Shown here: positions 54,256 to 64,000 of the stretch, one piece after another
Layout of the letters: every line of letters starts with the position of its first letter
How positions within the stretch are numbered: the first letter of the stretch is position 1
NCBI GenBank assembly: GCA_003222245.1
Contig: QHVH01000021.1
Coordinates: 8,262-72,261 of the forward strand
Length of the DNA stretch: 64,000 nt
Source of the DNA: Blastocatellia bacterium AA13
Lineage (GTDB): Bacteria; Acidobacteriota; Blastocatellia; UBA7656
Reading direction: 5' to 3'
Program-made: the position numbers and the translations under genes
The notes under the pieces: generated by a model
Told to the model about the DNA's origin: nothing
The model's database searches: none
What the model saw: only the letters and a program-made list of their open reading frames with translations

Positions 54256-55564
54256 CGTTATCTGTCTCTGTTGGTCTCTCGTGATCCAAATCGTCCTTCA
54301 GGATTCTTAGCAAGTCGTCGGGCAGACCGAAGGCGCGGTGGCTTTCGCTGTATTCCTCGACCTTGGCAAGCAACCGCCGCAACGTATCGGCGGATATGCC
54401 CTTCTCGAGGGTCACTTCTTCTTGGATATCCCGCAGCCGATTCGTTTCCTTCCAATCGCTCATGAGGATCCCCTTCTGCCGGTTGATAATGCGCGCGACG
54501 CCTCCGCCATCGTCGGGCTTCCGGGCTGTCTTCCACAACTGCTGAATAAGAAATAGCTCGTCCTCGCTGATAAGCTCGAGGCCGGTTTCCTCCTGTAGTT
54601 TTAGCAGTCTCGTCAGAAGTTCACGGCGCGCGGTGATGGTCAGGGGGCCAGGTCCTTCATTGCCGTTCATTCGCCGGTTGTCCCGTTTGCCGTTTGACGG
54701 GTCCCGATAGTACAACAAAGTTTCACGGAATTCGATGAGTTTTTCCATTCGTTCATCGCCGCTAGCCAGTAGCCCTTCGCTGGCTTTGTCGCGGTCAACC
54801 ACGGTACACGTCCAGCAACCAAAACGGCTATTGCCACAGCTTGGTGTGCTGGTGTCGATTTGAATAGGGCACTCGCCGCTGCTCGCATTCGCGTACAGTC
54901 GGTAGAGAGCACGGTTGTCACCACCCCACGGATTTGGTTGCTGCAACAGGTACGCCCAGACTTCTTCGGTTGTCAGGAATTCAATAGGATTCGAGACCCA
55001 TACTCGGGGCAGGTCAGGGTGTCGCCGCAAATTGTTCCGTGTTTCTCGCCCCGCCATAGTTTGAGCACGCGTTGAACTCTCGGCGCGCCGCGCACCCAGG
55101 TGCAAAATGGCTTCGCCCCAGTGACCCACTCGCTTCTTAACAAACACATTGACTGGGTCAATCTTCATTCGTTGCGTGCACCAACGGAAGGTCCGGTTTG
55201 GCGGCGGATAACCGCGTCCGATTATGTTTGTCCAAAATGTTTCTTCGGCAGGCGGCTTTAACAAATGAGTATCGATGTTGAGGTTGTGTTGGAGCGAAAC
55301 CCGGCGCATTTGATCCAGTGTACCTTCGACCATTTCTACGATGGCGGGAATCTCAACGCGCGTATCGGTACAAAGAATTGAAATCGGTTTCTTTCTTTCA
55401 GAAGCGGAAATGGACATGACGATGTCGAAAACGAGTGACGCCACCATCGTGCTGTCCTTGCCACCGCTGAACCCGACCAGCCATGGGCGCTCGTCTTCCA
55501 TATAAAGTTGACGAACGAAGCTCTTGATATCCAAATAAGTGTTAGCAACCGGTTGCGTACTCAT
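54248..55564 (-). CDS. dndC: DndC-type PP-loop ATP pyrophosphatase / sulfurtransferase
   Basis: PP-loop 'GFSGGKDSTMV', 'RWCTQRMKI' and Cys cluster 'CGNSRFGCWTCTVV'. 8-nt overlap with dndD. Confidence 0.9.
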   Translation of the reverse strand: MSTQPVANTYLDIKSFVRQLYMEDERPWLVGFSGGKDSTMVASLVFDIVMSISASERKKPISILCTDTRVEIPAIVEMVEGTLDQMRRVSLQHNLNIDTHLLKPPAEETFWTNIIGRGYPPPNRTFRWCTQRMKIDPVNVFVKKRVGHWGEAILHLGARRAESSTRAQTMAGRETRNNLRRHPDLPRVWVSNPIEFLTTEEVWAYLLQQPNPWGGDNRALYRLYANASSGECPIQIDTSTPSCGNSRFGCWTCTVVDRDKASEGLLASGDERMEKLIEFRETLLYYRDPSNGKRDNRRMNGNEGPGPLTITARRELLTRLLKLQEETGLELISEDELFLIQQLWKTARKPDDGGGVARIINRQKGILMSDWKETNRLRDIQEEVTLEKGISADTLRRLLAKVEEYSESHRAFGLPDDLLRILKDDLDHERPTETDNDA

Positions 55565-55809
55565 ACTTGTAAGTGCGATCAGTGTCCGGCTGGATAATGC
55601 GTTACACGTTTCCGACCGTTCTGAAGCAGCTCGGATACTACTGGTTCCTCCAATGGGTTGGGAGCTTCACCGGTCCAGTGTGAAATGTCTGGACCCGAGT
55701 TGTTTGCCGACGCGTCTCTTGACTCAAGTGACTAGCTTAACAACGATGCCGATATTTCGATCATACTTGAGTCCGTAGCATCCAGGCTGAGGGTAGAAGA
55801 CCCTATTGC

Positions 55810-56589
55810 TCATGTGCTTCTCGCCGCCCCGCCCCAGACGCCAATGGCGCCTAGGGGTTTAGTGGTTCGTTTAAACGTGAGAGGCAGGTTCTGGCCGCCC
55901 TGCTTCCATTGGCCGGACATCTCCGAAGCATCTTTGTTGAGCTTGCCGTCGTAGGCGCCTTGAATCTTCACCAGCTCGACCTTCACGACGTCGTCTTTCT
56001 GAACTATCGAGCTGACCGGTATGTCCGGGACTCCCTGGTCTGGACTATCGAGCTTGGCGGTAAGAACTCCGTCGCTTCCCTTTGAGACCTTGAGCACGAG
56101 CCGGAGTTTGACGCCGTTGATATCGAGGGCCCCTTCCCAGTTGCCTTCGACACTTCGTCCAGCGGGCGCAGAGGATGCTTCGGCGGGTTTGGCGGCTCCC
56201 GATCCAATTTGAGCAGCCCCCTTCCGCTGCAGCGTAAAACCGATGTTCGCGCCGCCCTGCGTAAGCTCGCCCGAGATCTTCGACCCATCGCTCGAGATTT
56301 TTCCCTTAAATTCGGGATCGCCGGGGATGCCGGCCATCGCAAAGGTTACAGCCTCATCCTTGACGCCGATCGCCGATAGCTCGAAGTCTTTGAGTCCTTG
56401 AGCGGGTACGGCGATGACGCCCTTCCATTTGCCGTCTTTCTCCTGATCAAGATCGACGACGATCTCGATAGGGGAACCGGGCACGTCGATGGAGCCCGTC
56501 CAATGTCCTCGTGCATCCGGCTTTTGCGCCAGGACAGGAAAGGCAAATAGAAGAATCGAGAAGAGAATCGAAACAAACTTGGGTTTCAT
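55810..56589 (-). CDS. Secreted hypothetical protein with an internal duplication
   Basis: Signal 'FVSILFSILLFAFPVLAQ'. The 'G.W.G..D..G..' block occurs twice ('GHWTGSIDVPG' and 'GNWEGALDINGV'). Confidence 0.55.
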   Translation of the reverse strand: MKPKFVSILFSILLFAFPVLAQKPDARGHWTGSIDVPGSPIEIVVDLDQEKDGKWKGVIAVPAQGLKDFELSAIGVKDEAVTFAMAGIPGDPEFKGKISSDGSKISGELTQGGANIGFTLQRKGAAQIGSGAAKPAEASSAPAGRSVEGNWEGALDINGVKLRLVLKVSKGSDGVLTAKLDSPDQGVPDIPVSSIVQKDDVVKVELVKIQGAYDGKLNKDASEMSGQWKQGGQNLPLTFKRTTKPLGAIGVWGGAARST

Positions 56590-56896
56590 TTATCCTCCAG
56601 TCTTAATTAGTCCAGCCATGAAGAATCGAAGAAGGCATTGAAGATAGCATCATACGAATTCGATACTGACGCATATCAAATACATTTCTGACGACGATCG
56701 ACCGATCTAAAATTAAGCACGACGAAAATTGTATAGAGTTCCCAGACAATCACCCAATCAATCTTCAGGCGTAGCATTTCTGGTCTAAGCCTGAGAATAG
56801 AATGGCGTCGCCTTCGGAGCGGCTCAACCCTGGAACAATGAACGCGCTAAGAGGGCGTAGAGAATTTACTTCCCGTTTTGATTCGCTCTTGGTTCA

Positions 56897-56993
56897 AACC
56901 CCAACCGGGTTGCGCCCTCCAGCCCAGGGTTCGCGTACTCGGGTACCCTGGGGAAGGGTCGCGATTGGCGCCAACCCAGCGGGGTTGTGGGCC
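56897..56993. repeat. About 97-nt GC-rich repeat unit, left copy of an inverted pair
   Basis: It begins and ends with AACCC(C)-N4-(G)GGGTT mini-hairpins and is about 75-80 percent identical to the reverse complement of 57138..57237. Confidence 0.75.
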
Positions 56994-57137
56994 TCGATAG
57001 CTATGGCGCGATCAAAAGGGAGCCACAGCGGTCTTTTGACAAACACAGTAGTGAATGGGACTAACGTTGCTGATGGTAATGAGCGGAAAAGATGAGAGGA
57101 CTGTTGGTTCATCAATGCGGACAGATTAGGCGATGCT

Positions 57138-57237
57138 GGCCACAACCCCGTTGGGGTTGGAAACGACACGGCGATCTAAACCCAGGGTAGCCGAGTACGG
57201 CAACCGCTGGGCTGGAGGCCGCAACCCCTTCGGGGTT
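57138..57237. repeat. About 100-nt GC-rich repeat unit, right inverted copy
   Basis: The reverse complement 'aaccccgaaggggttgcggcctccagcccag..ccaaccccaacggggttgtggcc' aligns with 56897..56993. Confidence 0.75.
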
Positions 57238-57345
57238 AGCGGACACCAAGGGCTTAACCCCTTTCCTTAATACTCGTCGCCGCGGTTTGTTATATTGTTC
57301 TTGATCCTTTAGAAAGTGCGGTAGGTGAGCTAGCGGTAGATTTCA

Positions 57346-58749
57346 ATGAAGCTCAATCCGACGATTAAATCCATTCTTAGACCGATCTATTACAGGCTGC
57401 CTGCAAACATCTGCTATGGCCCGCTCTATTCTCCCACCGCGAAGCTGCTCGAAGAGTCGCAGCGGTGGTCCGAAGAAAGGCTCATTGATTATCAACTCTC
57501 AAAGCTACGGGTGATGCTCAGGCACTGCGCGGATCACGTTCCCTACTACAGGCGTTTGTTTAAGGAGATGGGCTTCGATCCCGACAAGGTCCGCTCGCCG
57601 GCTGATCTGGACGCGCTTCCACTCCTGGATAAAGACACTCTGCAGGCGCGATTGCCGGAGTTCCTGGCCGACAACGTCAGCGCCCGAAACCGGCTCTATT
57701 TCACCACCGGCGGGACGATGGGAAAACCGCTCGGCCTATACAACATGAGAAACGCGGGCGGGCGTGAAAGAGCCTTCAACTATAATCAGTGGGCTCGAGT
57801 AGGATTCAAGGAGGGAGACCTCCGAGCGATGTTGCGAGGCTGGCCGGTAAAGAGCGCTCGACATTGGGCATATGACGCTTCCGAACGCGCCTACATCTTT
57901 TCAAATTTTCATATGACGCGCGATAACGTCGCTGAGTACGCGCGAGTCATGAAAGCCAGGAAGGTGCGCTTCCTGCACTCGTATCCATCAGCCGTAATCG
58001 ACTTCGCGCGCCACTTGAAAGAGCTTGGAATCGAGCCGCCGCGCTTTCGCGCGATTCTCGCCGCATCCGAGAATCTCTATCCCGGACAGCGTGAGTTCAT
58101 CGAGTCGTTCTTTGATACGAGGCTCTTTTCATGGTACGGGCACACCGAGACGACGATCCTGGCGGGCGAATGCGAGGAGAGCAATTGTTATCATATCTTC
58201 CCTGAATACGGAGTCGCGGAAGTAATCAAAGAAGGCGGCTCCGCTGCGTCGGTTGAAGGTGATTCAGGGGAGATGGTAGGTACGTCGCTGGACAATTTTG
58301 CCATGCCGTTGATCAGATATCGCACGGACGATTGGGCCGTGATTGGCCCCGGCAGTTGTGCGTGCGGCCGCAACTACAGGCTTCTGAAGGAGGCCAACGG
58401 CCGCTGGCAACAGGAGCTGCTCATAGGCAAGTTGGATAATCTCATTTCAAACACGGCCTTGAATATGCACAGTGATGTTTTCGACAACGTCCAGCAGCTT
58501 CAGTTCTATCAACGTGAGAAGGGCAAGGTAGAACTGCGGATCAAGAGAAAGCCTTCGTATTCGGAGCAGGATTCGAAGCGGATCATTGCCGCGTTGAGTG
58601 AGAAAATGGGAGACACGATGGAAATCTCTCTGAGCTTTCCGGACGAAATCCCTCTAACGCCCCGAGGCAAATTCCGGTTTGTGATTAGAGAGATGGAGCT
58701 CCCGCAAACCGCGGGAAACGAGGTCAGCGTTGAAGCACTTCCTCGATAA
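57346..58749 (+). CDS. Phenylacetate-CoA ligase-like adenylate-forming enzyme (CapK/PaaK family)
   Basis: 'HCADHVPYYRRLFKEMGFDP..PADLDALPLLDKDTL' and 'FTTGGTMGKPL'. Confidence 0.7.
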   Translation: MKLNPTIKSILRPIYYRLPANICYGPLYSPTAKLLEESQRWSEERLIDYQLSKLRVMLRHCADHVPYYRRLFKEMGFDPDKVRSPADLDALPLLDKDTLQARLPEFLADNVSARNRLYFTTGGTMGKPLGLYNMRNAGGRERAFNYNQWARVGFKEGDLRAMLRGWPVKSARHWAYDASERAYIFSNFHMTRDNVAEYARVMKARKVRFLHSYPSAVIDFARHLKELGIEPPRFRAILAASENLYPGQREFIESFFDTRLFSWYGHTETTILAGECEESNCYHIFPEYGVAEVIKEGGSAASVEGDSGEMVGTSLDNFAMPLIRYRTDDWAVIGPGSCACGRNYRLLKEANGRWQQELLIGKLDNLISNTALNMHSDVFDNVQQLQFYQREKGKVELRIKRKPSYSEQDSKRIIAALSEKMGDTMEISLSFPDEIPLTPRGKFRFVIREMELPQTAGNEVSVEALPR

Positions 58750-60259
58750 TTTGAATGTAGCGCTCGTCTCGGGAGTGAGGGAATACCCGGGGCTTTCGCC
58801 GTTCAATCCGTCAGCGGTTTATCCCGAATATCCGTATTCGGGTCAAACCGATGCTTCAAACGGCGTTTACGAAATGGTTCGTGAGTCGCTTCATCTCTTG
58901 AGACTGGACGAAGCGAACTACGGCACGGCAGCTTGGAACCCGCTTGGAGAGCTTATTTCGCCCGGAGACCGCGTCCTCATCAAACCCAATTTCGTATTGC
59001 ACTTCAATGCCGGCTCCGGCCCGCTCGACGCCGTAGTGACGCATCCTGTCGTCATACGGGCCGTCTTCGACTATGTGATGATCGCGCTCCGGGGACGAGG
59101 CGAGATAGTTATAGGCGACGCGCCTCAGATGAACTGCGATTTGGAATCCATGTTCAGGACCACAGGCATGGACGGTCTCCGGAATTTCATAACCGAAGAA
59201 GGTTCGCGTGCCGGAGTGTCAACGCGGGTGGTGGACTTTCGACAAGAGCAGACTTTTTACAGGCACGGCATCGTGTGGGACCGCAAAGCGCTGATTAACG
59301 GCGGACCGAAGCCGATTATTGTGAACGCCGGGCCCGAAAGCTGGATGGAGCATATCGATGCGGGCCGCCTTTATGGAGCCGACTATCAGCGAGGCGTTAC
59401 CGTGAAGGCGCATGCTAATCATCGGCACGAGTACATCATTGCGCCGGAGGTGCTCGCGAGTAATGTCGTGATCTCGATTCCCAAGCTCAAAGTACATCGC
59501 AAAGTCGGAACGACCCTGAATCTGAAGAACATGGTTGGAATCAACGTCGATAAAAACCATCTGGCTCACTACCGAATCGGTTCACCCGATCGCGGCGGCG
59601 ACGAAGTGTCGACTCCAGGCTGGGAGGATCGGATGGAGCGGGCTCTGTCGGATTTGCTCCTCGGAAGGAACTCTTCTCTTGGCAGATATCCGTTCCTCGC
59701 GTGGAGGGCGCTCCGAAAAATCTTGAGGCGCTTTCAACGTTCAAATACGGCCGCCCCGTTCACGTTCGGAAACTGGCACGGCAACGATACCGCGTGGCGA
59801 ATGGTGCTCGATCTAAACAGGATTCTGCTTTTTGCAGACGCCGATGGCGCTCTCAATGATAAACCCGTCAGGCGCTATTTCTCGGTAGTCGACGGGATCG
59901 TGGGCGGCGAGGGAGAAGGGCCGCTGCACCCGGACGCGTATCCGGCAGGGGCGATTCTGGCCGGGTTCAATCCTATAGCAGTCGATTGCATCGCTACGCG
60001 GCTGATGGGGTTTGAGTACGAGAAGATTCCGTTGTACAGAAACGCAATCCATCAAATGCAAGGCTGGCGCGGAGGATTTAAAATAGGCGATGTTGCGGTG
60101 CGATCGAACGATTCCGAGTGGGAGCGACTTCTAGAAAACCAATCGGCCATATATCACTTTCGCGCTCCCGCTGGGTGGCGAGGAACTATGGAGTGCGAAG
60201 GGCTATCGGAAACTTCAGCGGTACTCGAGGAGTCATTTCCGGAAATGATCTCTCAATAG
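58730..60259 (+). CDS. DUF362-like protein
   Basis: 'GDRVLIKPNFV' and general size. Weaker recognition. Confidence 0.5.
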   Translation: MKHFLDNLNVALVSGVREYPGLSPFNPSAVYPEYPYSGQTDASNGVYEMVRESLHLLRLDEANYGTAAWNPLGELISPGDRVLIKPNFVLHFNAGSGPLDAVVTHPVVIRAVFDYVMIALRGRGEIVIGDAPQMNCDLESMFRTTGMDGLRNFITEEGSRAGVSTRVVDFRQEQTFYRHGIVWDRKALINGGPKPIIVNAGPESWMEHIDAGRLYGADYQRGVTVKAHANHRHEYIIAPEVLASNVVISIPKLKVHRKVGTTLNLKNMVGINVDKNHLAHYRIGSPDRGGDEVSTPGWEDRMERALSDLLLGRNSSLGRYPFLAWRALRKILRRFQRSNTAAPFTFGNWHGNDTAWRMVLDLNRILLFADADGALNDKPVRRYFSVVDGIVGGEGEGPLHPDAYPAGAILAGFNPIAVDCIATRLMGFEYEKIPLYRNAIHQMQGWRGGFKIGDVAVRSNDSEWERLLENQSAIYHFRAPAGWRGTMECEGLSETSAVLEESFPEMISQ

Positions 60260-60272
60260 ACGTCCCCGAATC

Positions 60273-61478
60273 ATGAAGGCGAAACACTTAATAAACGGTT
60301 CGCTCAGGATTGTACTCGAGGCCGCGCTGAAGGTATGTCTCGCATTGCAGCGCGACAAGATTTTCAATCCGGACGAGGTAAAGCGAATCCTGGTATTCGC
60401 TTATCACGGGCTTGGCAACTTCATTATGTACACGCCGGCGTTGCGGCTGCTGCGACAACGCTACCCAGACGCGAGGATCGACCTCCAGGTCGGAAACAAT
60501 ACCGGTTGCGAAGAAGTGCTCGCGGACTCAGGTCTGTTCGACAACATCTACAATGTTCCTTATGGCGCCGGGCTTACTGGATGGCTGAGGCGCGCCATTG
60601 AAATAAGACGAACTCGATACGATCTGACGATAAACGAATTTCACAGTCATTCATGGCCGCTGGCGGTCAGCCTTGCCCTGGCTGATGTTCCATTCCGGCT
60701 GGGCCACGTTACGAGCCCTGGATGGTCGAGCCGCTTCAGCCGCTACAGTTTCATTTTCAATCTTCCGGTTCGGATGCGCGAAGACGAGCACGAGATCGAG
60801 CGCTATATCGATCTTGTCGCGGCAGCGGACGCGGATCGCATCGATGCTTCCGACGCGCGCTGTTTTATTCACCTCACCGGCCCGGATCGAGAATTTGCGA
60901 CTGAATTTCTGAAAGGCAAGGAAACACGGAGCGCCAGGTCGATAATAGGAATTCAACCGGGAACATCGCCGACGATGCGATGGAAGCAATGGCCTGTCGA
61001 ACGCTACCGAGAGCTCATCGCGCGGCTGGCCATCCAACAACCGGAGTCGCGCATAATCTTATTCGGCTCACCGAGCGAGGTTGAAATGATTGAAGATCTG
61101 GCCGGTGGACTCGGAGCAAATGTAACGGTGGCCGCGGGCAGGACGAACGTCAAGCAGGCGGCGGCGCTGATCGAACGCTGTGTGCTTCTCGTTTGCAACG
61201 ACAGTGGGCTGATGCATATGGCGGTTGCCGTCGGCACGCCTGTCGTAGCGATTTATGGGCCTACAGATATAAGAAGAACCGCTCCGTTGGGTTCCAGCCA
61301 CCTGGTCATCAGGCACGAGCTTCCGTGCAGTCCCTGTTTCAGGCTTGAAGGCGACGAACAGGTGCACCTATGCCCGCACCACGACTGCCTGATGACGATA
61401 ACCGTTGACGAAGTGTTGTCGACCGTTCAACGCGTCGTGGAGAGAGCACGCGCGGATATCCTGGTAGTCCCCAATTAA
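60273..61478 (+). CDS. Glycosyltransferase family 9 (heptosyltransferase-like)
   Basis: 'GLGNFIMYTPALRLLRQRYPDARIDL' and 'CNDSGLMHMAVAVGTPVVAIYGPTD'. Confidence 0.8.
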   Translation: MKAKHLINGSLRIVLEAALKVCLALQRDKIFNPDEVKRILVFAYHGLGNFIMYTPALRLLRQRYPDARIDLQVGNNTGCEEVLADSGLFDNIYNVPYGAGLTGWLRRAIEIRRTRYDLTINEFHSHSWPLAVSLALADVPFRLGHVTSPGWSSRFSRYSFIFNLPVRMREDEHEIERYIDLVAAADADRIDASDARCFIHLTGPDREFATEFLKGKETRSARSIIGIQPGTSPTMRWKQWPVERYRELIARLAIQQPESRIILFGSPSEVEMIEDLAGGLGANVTVAAGRTNVKQAAALIERCVLLVCNDSGLMHMAVAVGTPVVAIYGPTDIRRTAPLGSSHLVIRHELPCSPCFRLEGDEQVHLCPHHDCLMTITVDEVLSTVQRVVERARADILVVPN

Positions 61479-61670
61479 ATACCTGTTCACATCGCGATTG
61501 GTTTTCAAGAAGCGAGCTTCCCTCTAAGACTCCGGTTCGACGATTATCAACCTAAAACTTCTGCAACTTTGACGAGCCGCGCGCGTGTACTGATCCGGGT
61601 GTCAACTCAGACTAATTACGAATCGTTCCTTTAGGCTAACGAAAAATTTGAAGGGGAAGAGGTATCCGCT

Positions 61671-62306
61671 ATGTCCATCCCACGTAGAGTATCTCGCTCA
61701 CTCTGTTCGGCGCGCACGCTCATCATCATCTGTCTGGCTGCGTTCATTTCAATAAGTGTCTCTAGCGGCGGAAGAGCAGAATCGGGCGGGTCAGTTCAGT
61801 CCAGCGCATCGCCCGCGACCACTCCTGATACGGTAGCAATGATCGACGCCACTGTTGTCGATTTGAAAGGAACGGTAGCGACTATAAGCGGAGGAATTCC
61901 GATAGAAATTTCAACGGCGTGGGTCTCTACAGTTGCAGGCCTCGTACTTGATTCCGGGGCCGTCAAGGTCGGCTCCCGCATAAGGGCGAGCATTCTGATT
62001 CCCTCCGAGCCAGGGACGCCCTTCGTCGCGAGATTCATCCAGTTGCGCGCCGACAATGAAATCATCTTCGGCGCTCAAATCGAGGCCGTGGAGCTATCTG
62101 ACGGTTTACCAATCGGTATAGTAGCCGGTCATCGGCGATTTCTATTCTCTCAGGGCACGTTTTTCGACTTTGGCCCAGGATTTAAGAAGCTTAAGGTGGG
62201 GCGGACTGTAACGATCGCAGCCACTCCTGACGAAAGCGGCGAGTTCATTGCAACGCGAGTCTATCTAGGTTTTGATAAAAGCCTGACGGGTATCGGTTTC
62301 TTTTGA
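61671..62306 (+). CDS. Secreted hypothetical protein
   Basis: Signal/TM 'LIIICLAAFISISVSSGG' and a beta-rich body. Confidence 0.5.
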   Translation: MSIPRRVSRSLCSARTLIIICLAAFISISVSSGGRAESGGSVQSSASPATTPDTVAMIDATVVDLKGTVATISGGIPIEISTAWVSTVAGLVLDSGAVKVGSRIRASILIPSEPGTPFVARFIQLRADNEIIFGAQIEAVELSDGLPIGIVAGHRRFLFSQGTFFDFGPGFKKLKVGRTVTIAATPDESGEFIATRVYLGFDKSLTGIGFF

Positions 62307-62333
62307 GATCGGTCCAAGAATCCTCGGATGCTT

Positions 62334-63197
62334 TTATTTCTTTCGCAGAGTCAGAGTGCGCGGTATGACCTGAAGATCGTTGACCACCTCTATGAGTTCC
62401 CAGACGGCCGGATCGAGAAGCCGAGTAGTAGCTTCAATCTGAGTGTATCCGATCTCGATCACCATATGGCCGCCGCTCTTCAAAACGGCGGGAGCGGTGT
62501 TGAGGAGGCGACGGAGATTGTCGAGTCCGTCTTCTCCACCGAACAGAGCGACGGCCGGTTCGTGCTCGCGAACCTCTCTGGGCAAGAGATTGGGATTTGA
62601 AGACGGCACGTACGGAGGATTGGTCGCGATGATGTCGAATGGAGCAGCCGAAGAGGCTTTGAGCGGCTCTACAAGATCGCCCTGAAGAAATTCGATCCTG
62701 TCCCCGACTCGGTGCTTCTGGGCGTTCGTGCTTGCTACTTCCAACGCCGTAGCCGAAATGTCAGTAGCCACAAGGCGCGCGCCGGGAACATTCACGGCAA
62801 TAGCCGTTGCAATGCAGCCGGAGCCGGTTCCGACATCCGCTATAGACGCGGAACCTGCTTGCAAGGCGTTCGCCAGCGATATGACCTGCTCGACCAGAAA
62901 CTCGGTTTCAGGACGGGGAATCAGAACCTCGGGAGTTACCGTGAACTCGAGCCCGAAGAACTCTTGATGTCCGACAATATACTGCGACGGTTCTCCGGCC
63001 GCTCGACGTTCTACGAGAGCAAAGAAATCGTCGCGCTGATCCGAGGTAATAATTTCGCCGGATCGCATTATCAACTGCGCCTGATCCCATCCAAGCAGAT
63101 GACGCATCAGCAGACTGGCCGTCCGGCGCTGGTCATCTATCATCGAATCCTGAAGCAGGCGGTCGGCTTCCGTAATTGTTTCGATTATCGTGGGCAA
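62334..63197 (-). CDS. prmC: Release-factor glutamine N5-methyltransferase PrmC/HemK
   Basis: 'VGTGSGCIA' and 'IATNPPYV', immediately downstream of prfA. Confidence 0.9.
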   Translation of the reverse strand: MPTIIETITEADRLLQDSMIDDQRRTASLLMRHLLGWDQAQLIMRSGEIITSDQRDDFFALVERRAAGEPSQYIVGHQEFFGLEFTVTPEVLIPRPETEFLVEQVISLANALQAGSASIADVGTGSGCIATAIAVNVPGARLVATDISATALEVASTNAQKHRVGDRIEFLQGDLVEPLKASSAAPFDIIATNPPYVPSSNPNLLPREVREHEPAVALFGGEDGLDNLRRLLNTAPAVLKSGGHMVIEIGYTQIEATTRLLDPAVWELIEVVNDLQVIPRTLTLRKK

Positions 63198-63235
63198 GGA
63201 AGATTCCGATTCGTTGTAAGGCGGGCCGTGAAGTA

Positions 63236-64000
63236 TCAGGCGGCGGCTTCGGACTCAGCGCGAAGTTTTTCGGACTGATAGTGAGCTACCAGAGCATCGA
63301 TCAAACCGTCGATCTCGCCTTCCATAAAAAGATCCAATTGATGAGAGGTGTAGCCGATTCGATGATCGGTTACGCGATTGTCCTTGAAGTTATATGTTCG
63401 AATTTTTTCGGAGCGGTCGCCGCTTTTCACCATTGAGCGGCGCTCACTTGCGATTGCCTGGCTTTGCTTTTCCTGTTCAATCTCCAGCAGCCGCGATCGC
63501 AGTACGCGCATCGCCTTCTCACGATTCTTGATCTGAGACTTCTCATCCTGCATCGATACAACCGTGTTCGTAGGCAGATGCGTGATGCGCACAGCCGAGT
63601 AGGTCGTGTTGACGGATTGACCGCCGGGACCGGACGAACAAAACGTATCGATTCGCAGATCCTTCGGGTCGATCTTTATATCGACGTCTTCGGCTTCGGG
63701 CAGAACCGCTACCGTGACCGCCGACGTATGAATACGGCCGGACGCTTCCGTCCGCGGAACCCGCTGCACGCGGTGCACTCCCGACTCGTGCTTGAGCTTT
63801 GAATAGACGCGCGTGCCTTCGATCAAGACGATCGCCTCTTTGGCGCCGCCGATGCTGGATTCGGATACGTCCAGCACTTGAACGCGCCAGCCCTGCCGCT
63901 CGCTATAGCGCATGTACATTCGCATGATCTCGGCGGCAAAGAGCGTCGCTTCGTCGCCGCCCGTGCCGGCGCGAATCTCTATAATGATGTTCTTTTCGTC
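63236..64000 (-). CDS. prfA: Peptide chain release factor 1, partial (5' end beyond the right edge)
   Basis: GGQ motif '[23 protein letters not shown]'. The frame stays open upstream of the listed Met to position 64000. prfA-prmC order. Confidence 0.9.
   Translation of the reverse strand, partial: DEKNIIIEIRAGTGGDEATLFAAEIMRMYMRYSERQGWRVQVLDVSESSIGGAKEAIVLIEGTRVYSKLKHESGVHRVQRVPRTEASGRIHTSAVTVAVLPEAEDVDIKIDPKDLRIDTFCSSGPGGQSVNTTYSAVRITHLPTNTVVSMQDEKSQIKNREKAMRVLRSRLLEIEQEKQSQAIASERRSMVKSGDRSEKIRTYNFKDNRVTDHRIGYTSHQLDLFMEGEIDGLIDALVAHYQSEKLRAESEAAA

Noticed and set aside
56802-57169. ORFs 56802..57095 and 56894..57169 as protein-coding genes
   Set aside because: They span the inverted repeat units on opposite strands and produce Gly/Pro/Arg-rich peptides typical of translated GC-rich repeats.
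55565-57345. tRNA gene or att site marking the island end
   Set aside because: I found no cloverleaf-compatible sequence by eye. Only the inverted GC-rich repeat pair is present, so the island boundary remains undefined.

Overview
This 64-kb window is moderately GC-rich bacterial DNA and appears to be mostly one conjugative element plus its cargo. All calls rest on reading the supplied translations and my own reading of the nucleotide sequence. No searches or folding programs were run.

**1-15.6 kb: type IV secretion backbone.** Two divergent Trb/VirB-like operons are present.
- Minus strand: pilin-like, VirB3-like, VirB4, TrbJ-like and a partial TrbL/VirB6-like gene that runs off the left edge.
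- Plus strand: lytic transglycosylase, VirB8-, VirB9- and VirB10-like genes, a MoxR-type AAA+ ATPase, an unknown gene and a VirD4 coupling protein.

**15.9-18.9 kb: leading-region-type module.** It contains two highly structured non-coding spacers, ArdC, SSB and a RepB-type primase.

**19-36 kb: accessory cargo with defence- or toxin-type domains.**
- A CpdA-like metallophosphoesterase.
- Four paralogs (two intact, two broken) of a small protein carrying class-III nucleotidyl-cyclase-like motifs.
- An HNH-like zinc-finger protein, a PD-(D/E)xK protein and two HEPN-type proteins.
- A DUF2235/Tle1-like hydrolase and a secreted amidase-domain protein.

**37-44 kb: regulators and small mobile-element genes.** These include Crp-type and AraC-type regulators, two paralogous 79-aa HTH proteins, an excisionase-like gene and a DUF433/DUF5615 toxin-antitoxin pair.

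**44-55.6 kb: atypical DNA phosphorothioation (Dnd-type) locus.** The operon reads dndC, dndD, a DndE-like domain fused to a P-loop ATPase, a GHKL ATPase and an unknown partner. Next to it lie a separate cysteine-desulfurase/methyltransferase operon and an HNH nuclease gene.

**57.3-64 kb: apparently chromosomal core.** Genes are a CapK/PaaK-like ligase, DUF362, a GT9 heptosyltransferase, prmC and partial prfA.

I saw no rRNA, tRNA, CRISPR array, integrase or relaxase in the window.

The two most interesting candidates are the cyclase-like paralog family and the Dnd variant with its three unassigned downstream genes.
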